Under the pieces are notes generated by a model. It was given only the letters and a program-made list of their open reading frames with translations. It did no database searches and was not told the origin of the DNA. Positions 22,039 through 31,940 of a DNA stretch of 64,000 bases are shown piece by piece; the first letter of the stretch is position 1, and each line of letters starts with the position of its first letter. The translations under genes and the position numbers were made by a program. Location: the NCBI GenBank assembly GCA_039815185.1, contig JBCBZT010000039.1, forward strand, positions 8,876-72,875, in the 5' to 3' direction. The DNA is from Cyanobacteria bacterium P01_A01_bin.123. GTDB lineage: Bacteria > Cyanobacteriota > Cyanobacteriia > Phormidesmidales > Phormidesmidaceae.

Positions 22039-22740
22039 TTAGCTTCTAAATAATCGGCTGTAGAGCGTTTCATGCTGCATGCTGGCGATCGCGAAGCCCC
22101 AACCACGGCTGGACAGCGCGTCATCGGGGAGGATCAAAATTTCGTCAGCAGCGGTTTCTAACTGGGCGGTGAGGTCGATTAAGAGCCGCTGCCCTGTGGT
22201 TTGGCCCAGGGGAACCAGCTTAACGGCGGCGTTGATTAAATTTGTCGCCCAGCTTTGTAAGTAGCCCAGAAGCGCTGCGAATTCACTGATTTGCCAATGG
22301 GCAGCGGTCAGACCAAAGGCAACGGCAAAGTTCCAAGACTCAGCAGGTTGGTTGGGCTGAGCAGTCAGTAACTGAGGGGCGAGTTCGGGGTAAAGCTGGG
22401 TCATGAGGCGAATCAGCGATCGCCCCATTTGCCAGCTTTGGGCTCGCAGTTCAGCCGTTTCTCGAGTCGCTGATAACCAGTGATTCCAGTGGGCCAGCAT
22501 TTCCCTGTCTTGATTCACCATGGCCCGGTGGCTGCGCACCATCACGGCTGCTTCGATACGAATCGAACCGCCGGTTAATGCTTGGCCCAACCAATGATGA
22601 ACCTCGGCAGCCGTACGAATCATTGCTCTTTGCACCAAGGTTTCTAACCCCTCTGAATAGGTGTAAGCACCTACCGGTAGGGTTGGACTGGCCAGTTGCA
22701 GCAGTTTGAGTAGTGCCGCAGCATCAGGAGGTATGGACAT
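22039..22740 (-). CDS. ureF: Urease accessory protein UreF
   Basis: LLQLASPTLPVGAYTYSEGLE; C-terminal HETLYSRLFRS. Confidence 0.95.
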   Translation of the reverse strand: MSIPPDAAALLKLLQLASPTLPVGAYTYSEGLETLVQRAMIRTAAEVHHWLGQALTGGSIRIEAAVMVRSHRAMVNQDREMLAHWNHWLSATRETAELRAQSWQMGRSLIRLMTQLYPELAPQLLTAQPNQPAESWNFAVAFGLTAAHWQISEFAALLGYLQSWATNLINAAVKLVPLGQTTGQRLLIDLTAQLETAADEILILPDDALSSRGWGFAIASMQHETLYSRLFRS

Positions 22741-22823
22741 AGGTGGGGAGGCGTTATTTCGGATTTGTGTTTTTGGCTTTTGGATTGTGCTGCTATTGGA
22801 TTGTGCTTCGAGTTGCCGTTGCC

Positions 22824-23306
22824 TCAGTGGGCGTGGACATGGGGATGATGGCTCGGGAGGGCGGTATTTCCATAGGCACCGGCTTCAGGGTTAAACGGAG
22901 TGGTGTCGTGGGTTACGCTCAACCCCAGCTGCACCAGCATCGTTTCTAAAACTGGGTCGGGGGCTAATCGTAGGTGGTTGAGGGCAACTTCTAGAGCGAC
23001 ATGACGGTTGCCTAGGTGATAGGCACCGCGTAATAAATCTAGCGGGGTAGACGCAGTGACGGTCAGAACGGGTTCGGGTTTCGCCAAGATTTTGATCCGA
23101 ATGCGATCGCAGTCTGGAACCAACACATCTCCGTTGTGTAAAACCGTCCCTCGGGGCAATTGCAGGTGTACGGGTTGGCCGTCGTCGGTGGTGAAGCGAT
23201 GGCGCGATCGCGTCCGTTGTTCTGCCGTCAATGACAGCGTTAATAATTGGGTATCGAGAGCCGTTTCAGCCCCCGAGTGAGCTAAGCGACGGGTCAAAAC
23301 CAACAT
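22824..23306 (-). CDS. ureE: Urease accessory protein UreE
   Basis: [23 protein letters not shown], His-rich tail. Confidence 0.95.
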   Translation of the reverse strand: MLVLTRRLAHSGAETALDTQLLTLSLTAEQRTRSRHRFTTDDGQPVHLQLPRGTVLHNGDVLVPDCDRIRIKILAKPEPVLTVTASTPLDLLRGAYHLGNRHVALEVALNHLRLAPDPVLETMLVQLGLSVTHDTTPFNPEAGAYGNTALPSHHPHVHAH

Positions 23307-23440
23307 ATGCAGCGTCCTCAAGACGACCGTAAGCTGGCCCTGATTGTATCGCAGTCAGGGTTCTAAACTTTGCCCAAGTCTAGACCTAGAGATTTTTCTA
23401 ACCGAAACTGTTAGATCCCAAGTTGGACTTGAGATGGGAT

Positions 23441-24196
23441 TCAACCAAACCGATAGCCAAAGCCTCGTAGGGTAGTGACATATCTAGGTTTACTCGGATC
23501 AGGCTCAATTTTTTCTCGCAGCCAGCGGATATGGACATCTACCGTTTTGCGATCGCCCATAAACTCGGGGCCCCAAATCTGTTCAATCAGCTGCTCTCGT
23601 GACCAAACCCGTTTGGGATGCTGCATAAACAGTTCTAAAATCCGAAATTCTTTGGGTGACAGGTTTACTTCGTGGTCACCCACCGTTACCCGGAGTTCAT
23701 TTTGAAACAGCGTAATATCTTCGAATGTCGTCACGGGTTTAAGCTCACTACGTTGATTAGCTTGGTGACGACGGAGCAAGGCCCGGCAGCGAGCAATCAA
23801 CTCTCCCATCCCAAAAGGTTTAGCCAGATAATCATCCGCACCCACCTCTAAGCCCACCACCCGGTCAGTTTCGCTACTTTTGGCACTTAAAATCAATATC
23901 GGAATATTAATGTCGCGACGACGAGCCAATCGACACAGGTCTAACCCATCAATGCCAGGCAGCATCAAATCTACGATGGCAAGATCTACCCGCGATTCAT
24001 ATTGATGTGGATCAACAGCCGGACATAAAAACTCTACAGCGGCAGTGCCTCCTTCAGCCGTGGTAACCTCATAGCCTTCTTCAGTTAGGGCTAAGGCAAC
24101 GGCATCGCGAATCAGATCTTCGTCCTCTACGATTAATATTCGTTTGTTGTGGAGAGACACCACCGATTGGTAAGACGCTTCTACAGAGACAATCAT
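23441..24196 (-). CDS. OmpR/PhoB-family response regulator, SphR-like
   Basis: Receiver plus winged helix; C-terminal KTVDVHIRWLREKIE...RGFGYRFG resembles cyanobacterial SphR/PhoB. Confidence 0.85.
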   Translation of the reverse strand: MIVSVEASYQSVVSLHNKRILIVEDEDLIRDAVALALTEEGYEVTTAEGGTAAVEFLCPAVDPHQYESRVDLAIVDLMLPGIDGLDLCRLARRRDINIPILILSAKSSETDRVVGLEVGADDYLAKPFGMGELIARCRALLRRHQANQRSELKPVTTFEDITLFQNELRVTVGDHEVNLSPKEFRILELFMQHPKRVWSREQLIEQIWGPEFMGDRKTVDVHIRWLREKIEPDPSKPRYVTTLRGFGYRFG

Positions 24197-24543
24197 TTAG
24201 TTTTGGTAATCTAAAATATCTAGATGTCTAAACGTAATGCGTTAACGTGAAATCTCAACTGATTGGGAATCAGACCCTCTGCTTTGACCCAATGTCTCTC
24301 AACTTATCGAGAGAAAATCATCCGCACCGAGACCGTCAGCAGCGACGCCCCAAAGATTTGCTTGAGCAAAGCTCTGGCTGCTAAATCGCAAACCTTAATC
24401 ACAGCAGCCGATGAGGATAACGCCCGCGCAGATCAGCAGCGCCGCGTTAATGGACACATAACCCTACTGATAGTAAGGCCAGGCACCTAGAGGAATCCAC
24501 GATCATCATCGGGAAGACGGCTTAAGGCTTCACGAAGCTAGCG

Positions 24544-25527
24544 TTAAGGTTTGGTAAACTCGGCATCATTTCTCGGCAAAACCTCCGTATGCATGCGGTT
24601 AGACAGGGATTGTCGGTGACGCTGTAGGGCGATGAGTTGTTGTTGGAAATTCAGCATTTGCTGCTTGTAGTAATCGCGCTCAGCGGCTAACGTCTGGCAA
24701 CGTTGGCGGAGATGGCTGTGCTGCCTCAATTGCTCCGTGAGTTCTGCTTCCAGTACATCTACTTTGAGCTGGGTGGTCTTTACCTCATGAAACAGCTCAA
24801 ACATAATGGCTTGAGGGGAAGATGCCAATGCTAAAGCTTCTGTTTCATCCACATCATCGCAATTGCGCCCAAGACTCGTTTGATCACTTGGATGCCAAGA
24901 CTGATCTGCCTCATTGATATCCGCAAGACTGACATTATTTGAGGATGAAGCCTCCAGCGTTAAATTAAGCGGTTGTAACGACGCTTCCATGCGCGTCAAA
25001 TGGAGTTGATGTTGGGTGACGGTTTGTTCAATGTCTTGAACAGATTGACAAATGCTGTTTAACTGAGTGCCTAAATTAACCGTTAACATTCTGGCTGCAT
25101 AAACCTCAGCTTCGAGATCGACGCGGGGCTGATGGCTCGGCTGGGCCATGTGCCTCTCTCCACCACAGCGCTGCTGGAGCTGCAACAAGTAGTTTTGGAT
25201 GTCGATCTCGCTCCGCTGGAGCAAGATCTTAAGCCTTGTCAGAGACCGATACTGTCGGTCTAGGACACTATCAATAGCCGCAGCAAACTCATGGAGCATC
25301 CGAGTCTGCCAATGGTGCTTTTGGGTGAGTTGATGCTGTAAAAGGGCGATCGCTTTTTGCTGGGCATTGGCAAAATTCTCGGTCTTGGCCAATTGAGACT
25401 CGACAAATTGCTGCGACTGAACTCGCAATCGCAGTTCAGCCAATGAATACATGGCTTGATCGAGGGCTTGCTGAAGGTGACAAATGCGCTTCACAAGCCT
25501 GAAATCGAGGGATGCTTCTTGGGTCAT
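24544..25527 (-). CDS. Hypothetical coiled-coil protein
   Basis: 327-aa Q/L/E-rich heptad-like ORF. Confidence 0.65.
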   Translation of the reverse strand: MTQEASLDFRLVKRICHLQQALDQAMYSLAELRLRVQSQQFVESQLAKTENFANAQQKAIALLQHQLTQKHHWQTRMLHEFAAAIDSVLDRQYRSLTRLKILLQRSEIDIQNYLLQLQQRCGGERHMAQPSHQPRVDLEAEVYAARMLTVNLGTQLNSICQSVQDIEQTVTQHQLHLTRMEASLQPLNLTLEASSSNNVSLADINEADQSWHPSDQTSLGRNCDDVDETEALALASSPQAIMFELFHEVKTTQLKVDVLEAELTEQLRQHSHLRQRCQTLAAERDYYKQQMLNFQQQLIALQRHRQSLSNRMHTEVLPRNDAEFTKP

Positions 25528-25847
25528 AAAACCAGAGACAAACGGTGGATGATACAGCCCTGCGTTTGGTTAATCTATCAGAGTTGAGCAGAAATCGCTG
25601 ATTCAGCGAACCATCTTGAGCAAAAAATGATGTGCTCAAAACATCGATCAAGCGTTACAACAGATGCCAGCTTAAAAACGATACGAAAATGAATTCCTCA
25701 ATAGCTTTGATCAAGCCGTTTAGTCCTGATGGTTCAGATGTATCAATCGCCAATCGATTTCTCCAAGCCTTAAATTTCTGACAATCAATCTTGCATCAAA
25801 AATTAAACAAATCTTAAGTTCCTGCTGTTAGCCTTCAACCAGTCTGT

Positions 25848-26363
25848 GTGGTGCTAGCAGAGAGTAAAAAGATTGTGCCTCTTTTAACCGCGTTTTTGGT
25901 TTTATTGATTGGAGATTTCATCGCTACATTTTTATACCACGTTCCCGAACATGTCTTTGGCAAGCTTCACGCCGTGGTTCACCATAGCCCCCAACGCAGT
26001 TTTATCCGTTACGCGGTCTTAAATCGCCACCCCATAGCCCTAGTTAGCGGTTTTCTGGGGGCGTTTCCCTACTTAGTCATCATCCCACTTCTTTGGCAAC
26101 TTTCCCCTATGGGCTTGGTGCTGGGCTTGGTACTCGCCGAACTCCATGTGATCTGGCGACATTGCTTCTCCCGACCGACGCCAATGTGGCTTCAGGTCGC
26201 CTGTCGGTATCTTTTTGTTACCACGCCAGAGCGTCATTGGCTGCATCATAGCAATGCCAATTTGGCCTATGGTGACGTGTTTACGTTTTACGATAAGCCC
26301 GCTCAAACCTGGCTCAAAATGTTGAGGCACTGGCGACGACGTTATCGGTTACGGCGGGCTTGA
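25848..26363 (+). CDS. Sterol desaturase/fatty-acid hydroxylase family protein
   Basis: His boxes YHVPEH, HAVVHH, HVIWRH, HWLHH with TM segments. Confidence 0.8.
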   Translation: MVLAESKKIVPLLTAFLVLLIGDFIATFLYHVPEHVFGKLHAVVHHSPQRSFIRYAVLNRHPIALVSGFLGAFPYLVIIPLLWQLSPMGLVLGLVLAELHVIWRHCFSRPTPMWLQVACRYLFVTTPERHWLHHSNANLAYGDVFTFYDKPAQTWLKMLRHWRRRYRLRRA

Positions 26364-26464
26364 TTGGAGCTACCCCCAGATTTGGAATTTGTCCCTCAAG
26401 ATGCTTCAAAACAGGTTGTGCTCGTGTTACGGGGGACAATTGTGGATCTGGATGGGGGTAATGT

Positions 26465-27517
26465 CTAGAGCATCGGGCTCAAAACCGCAATTAACTGTTC
26501 AATTTGAGCGTCTGTACCCACGGTGATTCGTAATTTATCGTCTAGCCCTGGCTGTTTGAAGTAGCGGACTAAAATTCCTTGGGCTTTAAGGGCTAAGTAC
26601 AGTGCTTCGGCATTTCTTGCTGGCGGTGTTGCTAGAACAAAGTTGCCTTGGGAAGGCAAAACGGCAAAGTCTAGCTGGGTTAGCGCCGTGGTAAGTAAGT
26701 CGCGCGATCGCTTGACGCGCTCAGCACAGGCATTTTTATAAGCCTGGTCAGCCATGGCTGCGGCACCCACCCGCAGGGCGATCGCGTCCATGTTATAGCT
26801 ATCTTTTACCTTAAACAAAGGGTTGATCAAACCGGGCTGGGCAATGGCAAAGCCCAAACGCAACCCCGCCAGCGAATAGCCCTTCGACAGGGTTCGCAGC
26901 ACGATCACATTCTCAAATTCTTGCACTAGCGGCAGGGCAGTGGTTTCAGCAAAATCCACGTAGGCTTCGTCAATCACGACTATCCCGGCTGTCCGTTTGG
27001 CCAGGTGTCGCAGGTCTGCTAAGGGCACAGCATGCCCTGTAGGGCTATTGGGTGTCGCAATCAGCGTCAGGGCTGCTTGGGTTGCCACGAGCTCCTCAAT
27101 GGGTAGGTGAAAGTCTGGGCCATAGGGAATTTCAATCGTGTGGGCGGGCTGAAACGAAGCCAGGGTGGGATACAGCACATAGGTGGGTGTGGGATAGGCA
27201 ATGGGGCGATCGCGCCCTTCCACACAGGCTCGCATCAGCAGGGTCAACAGTTCATCGCTGCCGTTGCCTAGTAAAAGCCAGGTTTCAGGGACACCTAAGG
27301 CTTGACTCACTGCCTGACAAAAGTTGCGGCCATAGGGGTCTGGATAGCGCCTTAGCCACTCACCGTCGAGGGTTTGCAGCACTGCGATCGCTCGGGGTGA
27401 GGGCGGATACGGGTTTTCATTGGTGTTGAGTTTGAGTACTGGTGCGCCGGGTGGGGGCTGCTCACCAGGCATGTAGCCGGGTGTCGCGTCAATGGCGGGG
27501 CGAAAATAGGACATCAT
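26465..27517 (-). CDS. hisC: Histidinol-phosphate aminotransferase
   Basis: KLNTNENPY, GNGSDE, PNSPTG, DEAY, RTLSKGYSLAGLRLG, RITVG. Confidence 0.92.
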   Translation of the reverse strand: MMSYFRPAIDATPGYMPGEQPPPGAPVLKLNTNENPYPPSPRAIAVLQTLDGEWLRRYPDPYGRNFCQAVSQALGVPETWLLLGNGSDELLTLLMRACVEGRDRPIAYPTPTYVLYPTLASFQPAHTIEIPYGPDFHLPIEELVATQAALTLIATPNSPTGHAVPLADLRHLAKRTAGIVVIDEAYVDFAETTALPLVQEFENVIVLRTLSKGYSLAGLRLGFAIAQPGLINPLFKVKDSYNMDAIALRVGAAAMADQAYKNACAERVKRSRDLLTTALTQLDFAVLPSQGNFVLATPPARNAEALYLALKAQGILVRYFKQPGLDDKLRITVGTDAQIEQLIAVLSPML

Positions 27518-27720
27518 ATCGGTCTTGAGAGGAATCTAAAATCAATAAACCCGAACGAGGACTCCGACGTTAGGATAGTCATGGTGTTCTGAAGCTTTGT
27601 GTTGGGAAACACTTGGCAGCAGTCTGCCCCGTAATCATTTCAACCACTCTATCGATGATCAACCGCGCCGGCATCAACAAAGCTGCTTCTGAGCCTGGGT
27701 CCTCTCCTATTGTTCGTTCG

Positions 27721-29658
27721 ATGCAGTCTACCAAACCAAAACGGATCCGCTCTAAACTGGGTCGCAGTAGCTTCAGTGCCGCAGCGACTGGGCTATTGAC
27801 AACGGGGTGGCTGTTGATTCAAACCCTAGCGCCCCTGCCTTCCCTGGCCCAAACTGCCGACACTGAAGATCCAGATGAGCTGACCTACAGCGGATTGCTG
27901 GAAAAAATTGATCAAGGGCAAGTTCAGCGGGTTGAGATTGATCCCACCCGTCAGGTTGCCCTGGTTGAGTTAGAGGGACAAGCAGAAGATGAGCCCGATC
28001 AGCGGGTAGATTTATTCGCGAGCGATCGCAACCCTGAGTTAGTCGAACGGTTGCGGGAGAATGATGTTGATTTTGACGTAGTCGCCTCTTCGGATAACAG
28101 TGCCCTCACCTGGCTAGCCACTAACTCACTGTTGGCCTTGATTGTCATTTTTGCCCTACTGATGATTTTGCGGCGATCGGCCAATGCTTCTGGTGGTGCC
28201 ATGAACTTTGGCCGTTCCAAAGCAAAGTTTCAAATGGAAGCCAAGACCGGCGTGTTGTTCGATGATGTTGCAGGCATTGAAGAAGCCAAAGAAGAGCTTC
28301 AAGAAGTCGTCACCTTTTTAAAGAAGCCTGAACGCTTCACCGCTATTGGGGCGCGGATTCCCAAAGGGGTCCTGCTGATTGGCCCACCAGGAACGGGTAA
28401 GACACTGCTGGCTAAAGCGATCGCGGGTGAAGCCGGGGTTCCGTTTTTTAGCATCTCTGGTTCTGAATTTGTGGAGATGTTTGTCGGCGTTGGCGCTTCT
28501 CGCGTCCGCGATCTGTTTAAAAAAGCAAAAGAAAGCGCCCCCTGTATTGTCTTTATTGATGAAATCGACGCTGTGGGGCGGCAGCGCGGTACCGGTATCG
28601 GCGGCGGCAATGATGAACGCGAACAAACCCTCAACCAGTTGTTGACCGAGATGGACGGGTTTGAAGGCAACAGCGGCATCATCGTGATTGCTGCGACCAA
28701 CCGACCCGACGTATTGGATTCGGCATTGCTGCGACCCGGTCGTTTCGATCGTCAAGTGGGTGTTGATTTACCCACCTACAAAGGGCGACTGGGAATTTTG
28801 CAGGTTCATGCCCGCGACAAGAAAATTTCTGAAGAGGTCTCCATCGAAGAAATCGCCCGACGCACTCCGGGTTTCTCCGGCGCTGACTTGGCAAACTTGC
28901 TCAACGAATCGGCAATCTTGACTGCCCGCCGCCGTAAAGATGCCGTCACCATGCTAGAAGTCAACGATGCGATCGATCGCATCACCGTAGGTATGGCCAA
29001 AACTCCCCTGCTAGACAGCTATAAAAAGCGGCTAATTGCCTATCATGAAGTCGGCCATGCCTTAATCGGTGTGCTGCTCGACCATTGTGAACCCCTCGAT
29101 AAGGTGACCATTATTCCCCGTTCTGGAGGCTTGGGCGGTTTCACCAAGTTCGTTCCCAATGAAAGCCGTTTGGATGATGGGTTGCAAAGTCGAGCCGAAA
29201 TTATCGATAACATCACCATGACCCTGGGGGGACGGGCTGCAGAAGAAGAAGTCTTTGGCCACGACGAAGTCACCTTTGGGGCCCAGGGCGATATTCAATC
29301 CGTAGCAGCCTTAGCCCGTCGCATGGTGGCTCGCTATGGCATGTCTGACCTCGGCCCATTAGCTTTAGAAACCTCGGGTGGCGAGGTGTTCTTGGGGCGC
29401 GATCTAATGCCCCGCTCGGAATATTCTGAAGCCGTGGCGACTAAGATCGACAAGCAAGTCCGTGCGATCGCATTCCATTGCCACGCCCAAGCCCGTGAGA
29501 TCTTGCACCAAAATCGTCCGTTGATGGATAAGCTGGTAGACCTGCTGCTCGACATCGAAACTATGGATGGAGATGACTTCCGCAAGGTTGTTAGCGAGTT
29601 TACCCAGATTCCTGAAGAGACCTTGGCTAAGCGAGAGTTGGCTAAACAGACCAGCTAG
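27721..29658 (+). CDS. ftsH: ATP-dependent zinc metalloprotease FtsH (start uncertain, ORF open from 27613)
   Basis: [26 protein letters not shown]...RPGRFDR, HEVGH, two TM helices. Confidence 0.96.
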   Translation: MQSTKPKRIRSKLGRSSFSAAATGLLTTGWLLIQTLAPLPSLAQTADTEDPDELTYSGLLEKIDQGQVQRVEIDPTRQVALVELEGQAEDEPDQRVDLFASDRNPELVERLRENDVDFDVVASSDNSALTWLATNSLLALIVIFALLMILRRSANASGGAMNFGRSKAKFQMEAKTGVLFDDVAGIEEAKEELQEVVTFLKKPERFTAIGARIPKGVLLIGPPGTGKTLLAKAIAGEAGVPFFSISGSEFVEMFVGVGASRVRDLFKKAKESAPCIVFIDEIDAVGRQRGTGIGGGNDEREQTLNQLLTEMDGFEGNSGIIVIAATNRPDVLDSALLRPGRFDRQVGVDLPTYKGRLGILQVHARDKKISEEVSIEEIARRTPGFSGADLANLLNESAILTARRRKDAVTMLEVNDAIDRITVGMAKTPLLDSYKKRLIAYHEVGHALIGVLLDHCEPLDKVTIIPRSGGLGGFTKFVPNESRLDDGLQSRAEIIDNITMTLGGRAAEEEVFGHDEVTFGAQGDIQSVAALARRMVARYGMSDLGPLALETSGGEVFLGRDLMPRSEYSEAVATKIDKQVRAIAFHCHAQAREILHQNRPLMDKLVDLLLDIETMDGDDFRKVVSEFTQIPEETLAKRELAKQTS

Positions 29659-29793
29659 AGCAGACAAGCGAAACGCAATGCATCAATAAGAACTGGCAAT
29701 CGTTAATCGGCGATCGCGGTGAGTTCTGTCTGCCCTCGCAATTGTGCTGTCCTTAATCGTTGGACCGTGGTTCTACTAATCCTGCAGGGTGTC

Positions 29794-29827
29794 AGATCCC
29801 TGGGTTTTCCGAAAAACCCAGGGATCT
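29794..29827. repeat. Perfect 15-bp inverted repeat, possible terminator
   Basis: AGATCCCTGGGTTTT-ccga-AAAACCCAGGGATCT downstream of ftsH. Confidence 0.65.
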
Positions 29828-29860
29828 CTTAGCTCAGACATCATCAAAAATGCTGTGAAT

Positions 29861-29965
29861 TATGGCGCTGGCCAAATTGCTTAATGCACCAGGTAGCGCT
29901 GGGATACTCAATACATAAGCAATCTGGCTCGCCGTAGCGCACAAAGTTTTGTGGCTACGGCTATA
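29861..29965 (+). repeat. ~105-bp dispersed double-hairpin repeat, copy 3
   Basis: Near-identical to 8604-8707 and 21926-22030. Confidence 0.9.
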
Positions 29966-30024
29966 AAAACGGGTACCGCTCGCCACACTTGGGCTTAGAT
30001 GCAGCAGAGCTTGAGCATGGTCGT

Positions 30025-30093
30025 AGAAACCGGGTTTCTCATGCTGAGCGCTGAGTGCCCCATTGACACCCCTTGCTCAGAAACCCGGTTTCT
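30025..30093. repeat. Inverted pair of 15-bp REP-like near-palindromes
   Basis: AGAAACCGGGTTTCT (30025-30039) and its exact reverse complement (30079-30093). Confidence 0.7.
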
Positions 30094-30279
30094 GCAAGGG
30101 GCGACGATCAGCAGGGACTAAAGTCATAATTACCCGTAGCGAGTAACCTACAGTCTCCGAAATCATGTCTACGATCGGTGTGGACTCTACAGACAACCCC
30201 ATCACATCAGGAGACAGGATGACGGCTACACTGCATCAAACTTCGCAACAATCCTGAACACTTTGAACAACCCAGCCCG

Positions 30280-30519
30280 ATGCAGCAGATGGCTTTAACA
30301 CTGATGTTGCTGGCGATTGAACCCCGACTGCTAGACATGAAGCAGGCGATTCAGCGCCCGAGCGATCCAGACTTCGATCGCTACTATGTTTCGTCGCACA
30401 TGGACTATTTGACCCACGCCCGCGATCGCCTTGTCGATCTTGCTGCCATGCCAGGGCCAATTTACACCATTGGGCTAATCGAAGCTTATCCGAAATTCCC
30501 CATTCAGCTCATTCGTTAA
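30280..30519 (+). CDS. Small hypothetical protein or gene remnant
   Basis: 79-aa ORF with natural-looking composition, no recognisable motif. Confidence 0.35.
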   Translation: MQQMALTLMLLAIEPRLLDMKQAIQRPSDPDFDRYYVSSHMDYLTHARDRLVDLAAMPGPIYTIGLIEAYPKFPIQLIR

Positions 30520-30641
30520 TCTTGGATAACCCTATCTCTCGCTTAAGTTGTCCTTAGCTATCGTGGCTAAAATAGCTGATAAGGCCTGCTGACCTTGAAT
30601 GTTGGATTAGGCGTAGACAGCGATCAGGGTGGCAACAGAGC

Positions 30642-31940
30642 ATGGTGTTAGATCTTTCTCAGTTTTACCAAGCGTGTAGTCCCAGTAAATCTCTCAGTTT
30701 TGACCAGGGCGATCAGGGATATTACATTGATTTTTCCCCCGTCCGGGGCGGCAGTATTATTCAAGAATTAGGACGCACAATTACGCGACTTGCCCCCGAT
30801 AGCCCGACCTGTCAACTGTTTACTGGACATGTCGGCTGTGGTAAATCAACAGAGTTGATCTGCCTAAAAACCCTGGTGGAACAGAACAACTTTCACGTGG
30901 TTTATTTTGAATCGAGTGAAGATTTAGATTTAGCCGATGTGGATGTGACTGACATTTTGCTGGCGATCGCGCGTCAAGTCAGCGAGAGTTTAGAGTCCAT
31001 TGAGATTAATTTAGACCTGCCCTATTTCCATCAACTTTTTCAATCCATTGGGGATATCTTTAAACCCGCATTAGCGATCGCAGACCATCAGTTTTCCAAC
31101 ACCATCGCGGAGATTACCGCCCGCACTAAAAACAGCCCAAAACTGCGGAGTCAACTGCGACAGTATTTAGAACCCCGCACTAACGGTATCTTAAATGCTT
31201 TAAATCAAGAATTGCTAGAACCTGCGATCGCAACCTTAAAACAGCGAGGCAAACAGGGATTGTTGGTGATCATTGACAATCTTGATCGGATTGATAACAC
31301 CCCAGGGGTAGCCGGTCGTCATCAACCCAGCTACCTATTTATTGACCGAGGGGAACAGCTGAAAAAGCTTAACTGTCATGTTGTTTATACCCTGCCTTTA
31401 GAATTAGTTTTCTCTAGCGATTTAGGCCTGATTACTAATCGTTTTGGTGTGGTGCCCAAAGTATTAGCAATGGTACCTGTCCGTCACCGAGATGGACAGC
31501 TCAGTCCTGAAGGCATGGTGCTGCTGCGACAATTGGTACTGGCGCGCGCTTTTCCCGGAATTGCTCCCGAACAGCGTTTAGCGTGGCTGGATCAGGTATT
31601 TGATGCCCCAGAGACCCTGGATCGGTTGTGTAGCGTTAGCGGCGGCCATGTCCGTAACCTACTGGTGCTGCTGTATCGCTGTTTGCAACGAGAAGATCCG
31701 CCTTTATCGCGGACTTGCGTTGAGCAAATTCTTCAACAACGCCGCAGTGAATTATTGCTGGCGCTGTCGGTGCCAGAAATCAAATCACTCCAGCGGGTAA
31801 TGGCGGAAAAACACATTCGCCACGACCCTAGTGAACAAATGCTGTTACACAGCATGTTCGTTTTTGAATATCGCAATGGGGGTGAGAGCTGGTTTGATAT
31901 CAACCCCATTCTGGCAGAGTCCCCGGAGTTTCAACCATGA
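30642..31940 (+). CDS. Stand-alone P-loop ATPase, paralog A1 (AAA/KAP/STAND-like)
   Basis: Walker A GHVGCGKST, Walker B LVIIDNLD, SGGHVR, C-terminal WFDINP. Confidence 0.88.
   Translation: MVLDLSQFYQACSPSKSLSFDQGDQGYYIDFSPVRGGSIIQELGRTITRLAPDSPTCQLFTGHVGCGKSTELICLKTLVEQNNFHVVYFESSEDLDLADVDVTDILLAIARQVSESLESIEINLDLPYFHQLFQSIGDIFKPALAIADHQFSNTIAEITARTKNSPKLRSQLRQYLEPRTNGILNALNQELLEPAIATLKQRGKQGLLVIIDNLDRIDNTPGVAGRHQPSYLFIDRGEQLKKLNCHVVYTLPLELVFSSDLGLITNRFGVVPKVLAMVPVRHRDGQLSPEGMVLLRQLVLARAFPGIAPEQRLAWLDQVFDAPETLDRLCSVSGGHVRNLLVLLYRCLQREDPPLSRTCVEQILQQRRSELLLALSVPEIKSLQRVMAEKHIRHDPSEQMLLHSMFVFEYRNGGESWFDINPILAESPEFQP

Noticed and set aside
24263..24490. 75-aa ORF or Pho boxes upstream of the SphR-like gene
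   Set aside because: No RBS or motif for the ORF, and no clean array of PyTTAAPyPy repeats could be read.
27613..31940. ftsH as part of the ATPase/STAND system
   Set aside because: It is an ordinary full-length FtsH, separated by ~1 kb containing hairpins and repeats; no MoxR or vWA genes typical of ternary conflict systems are present.
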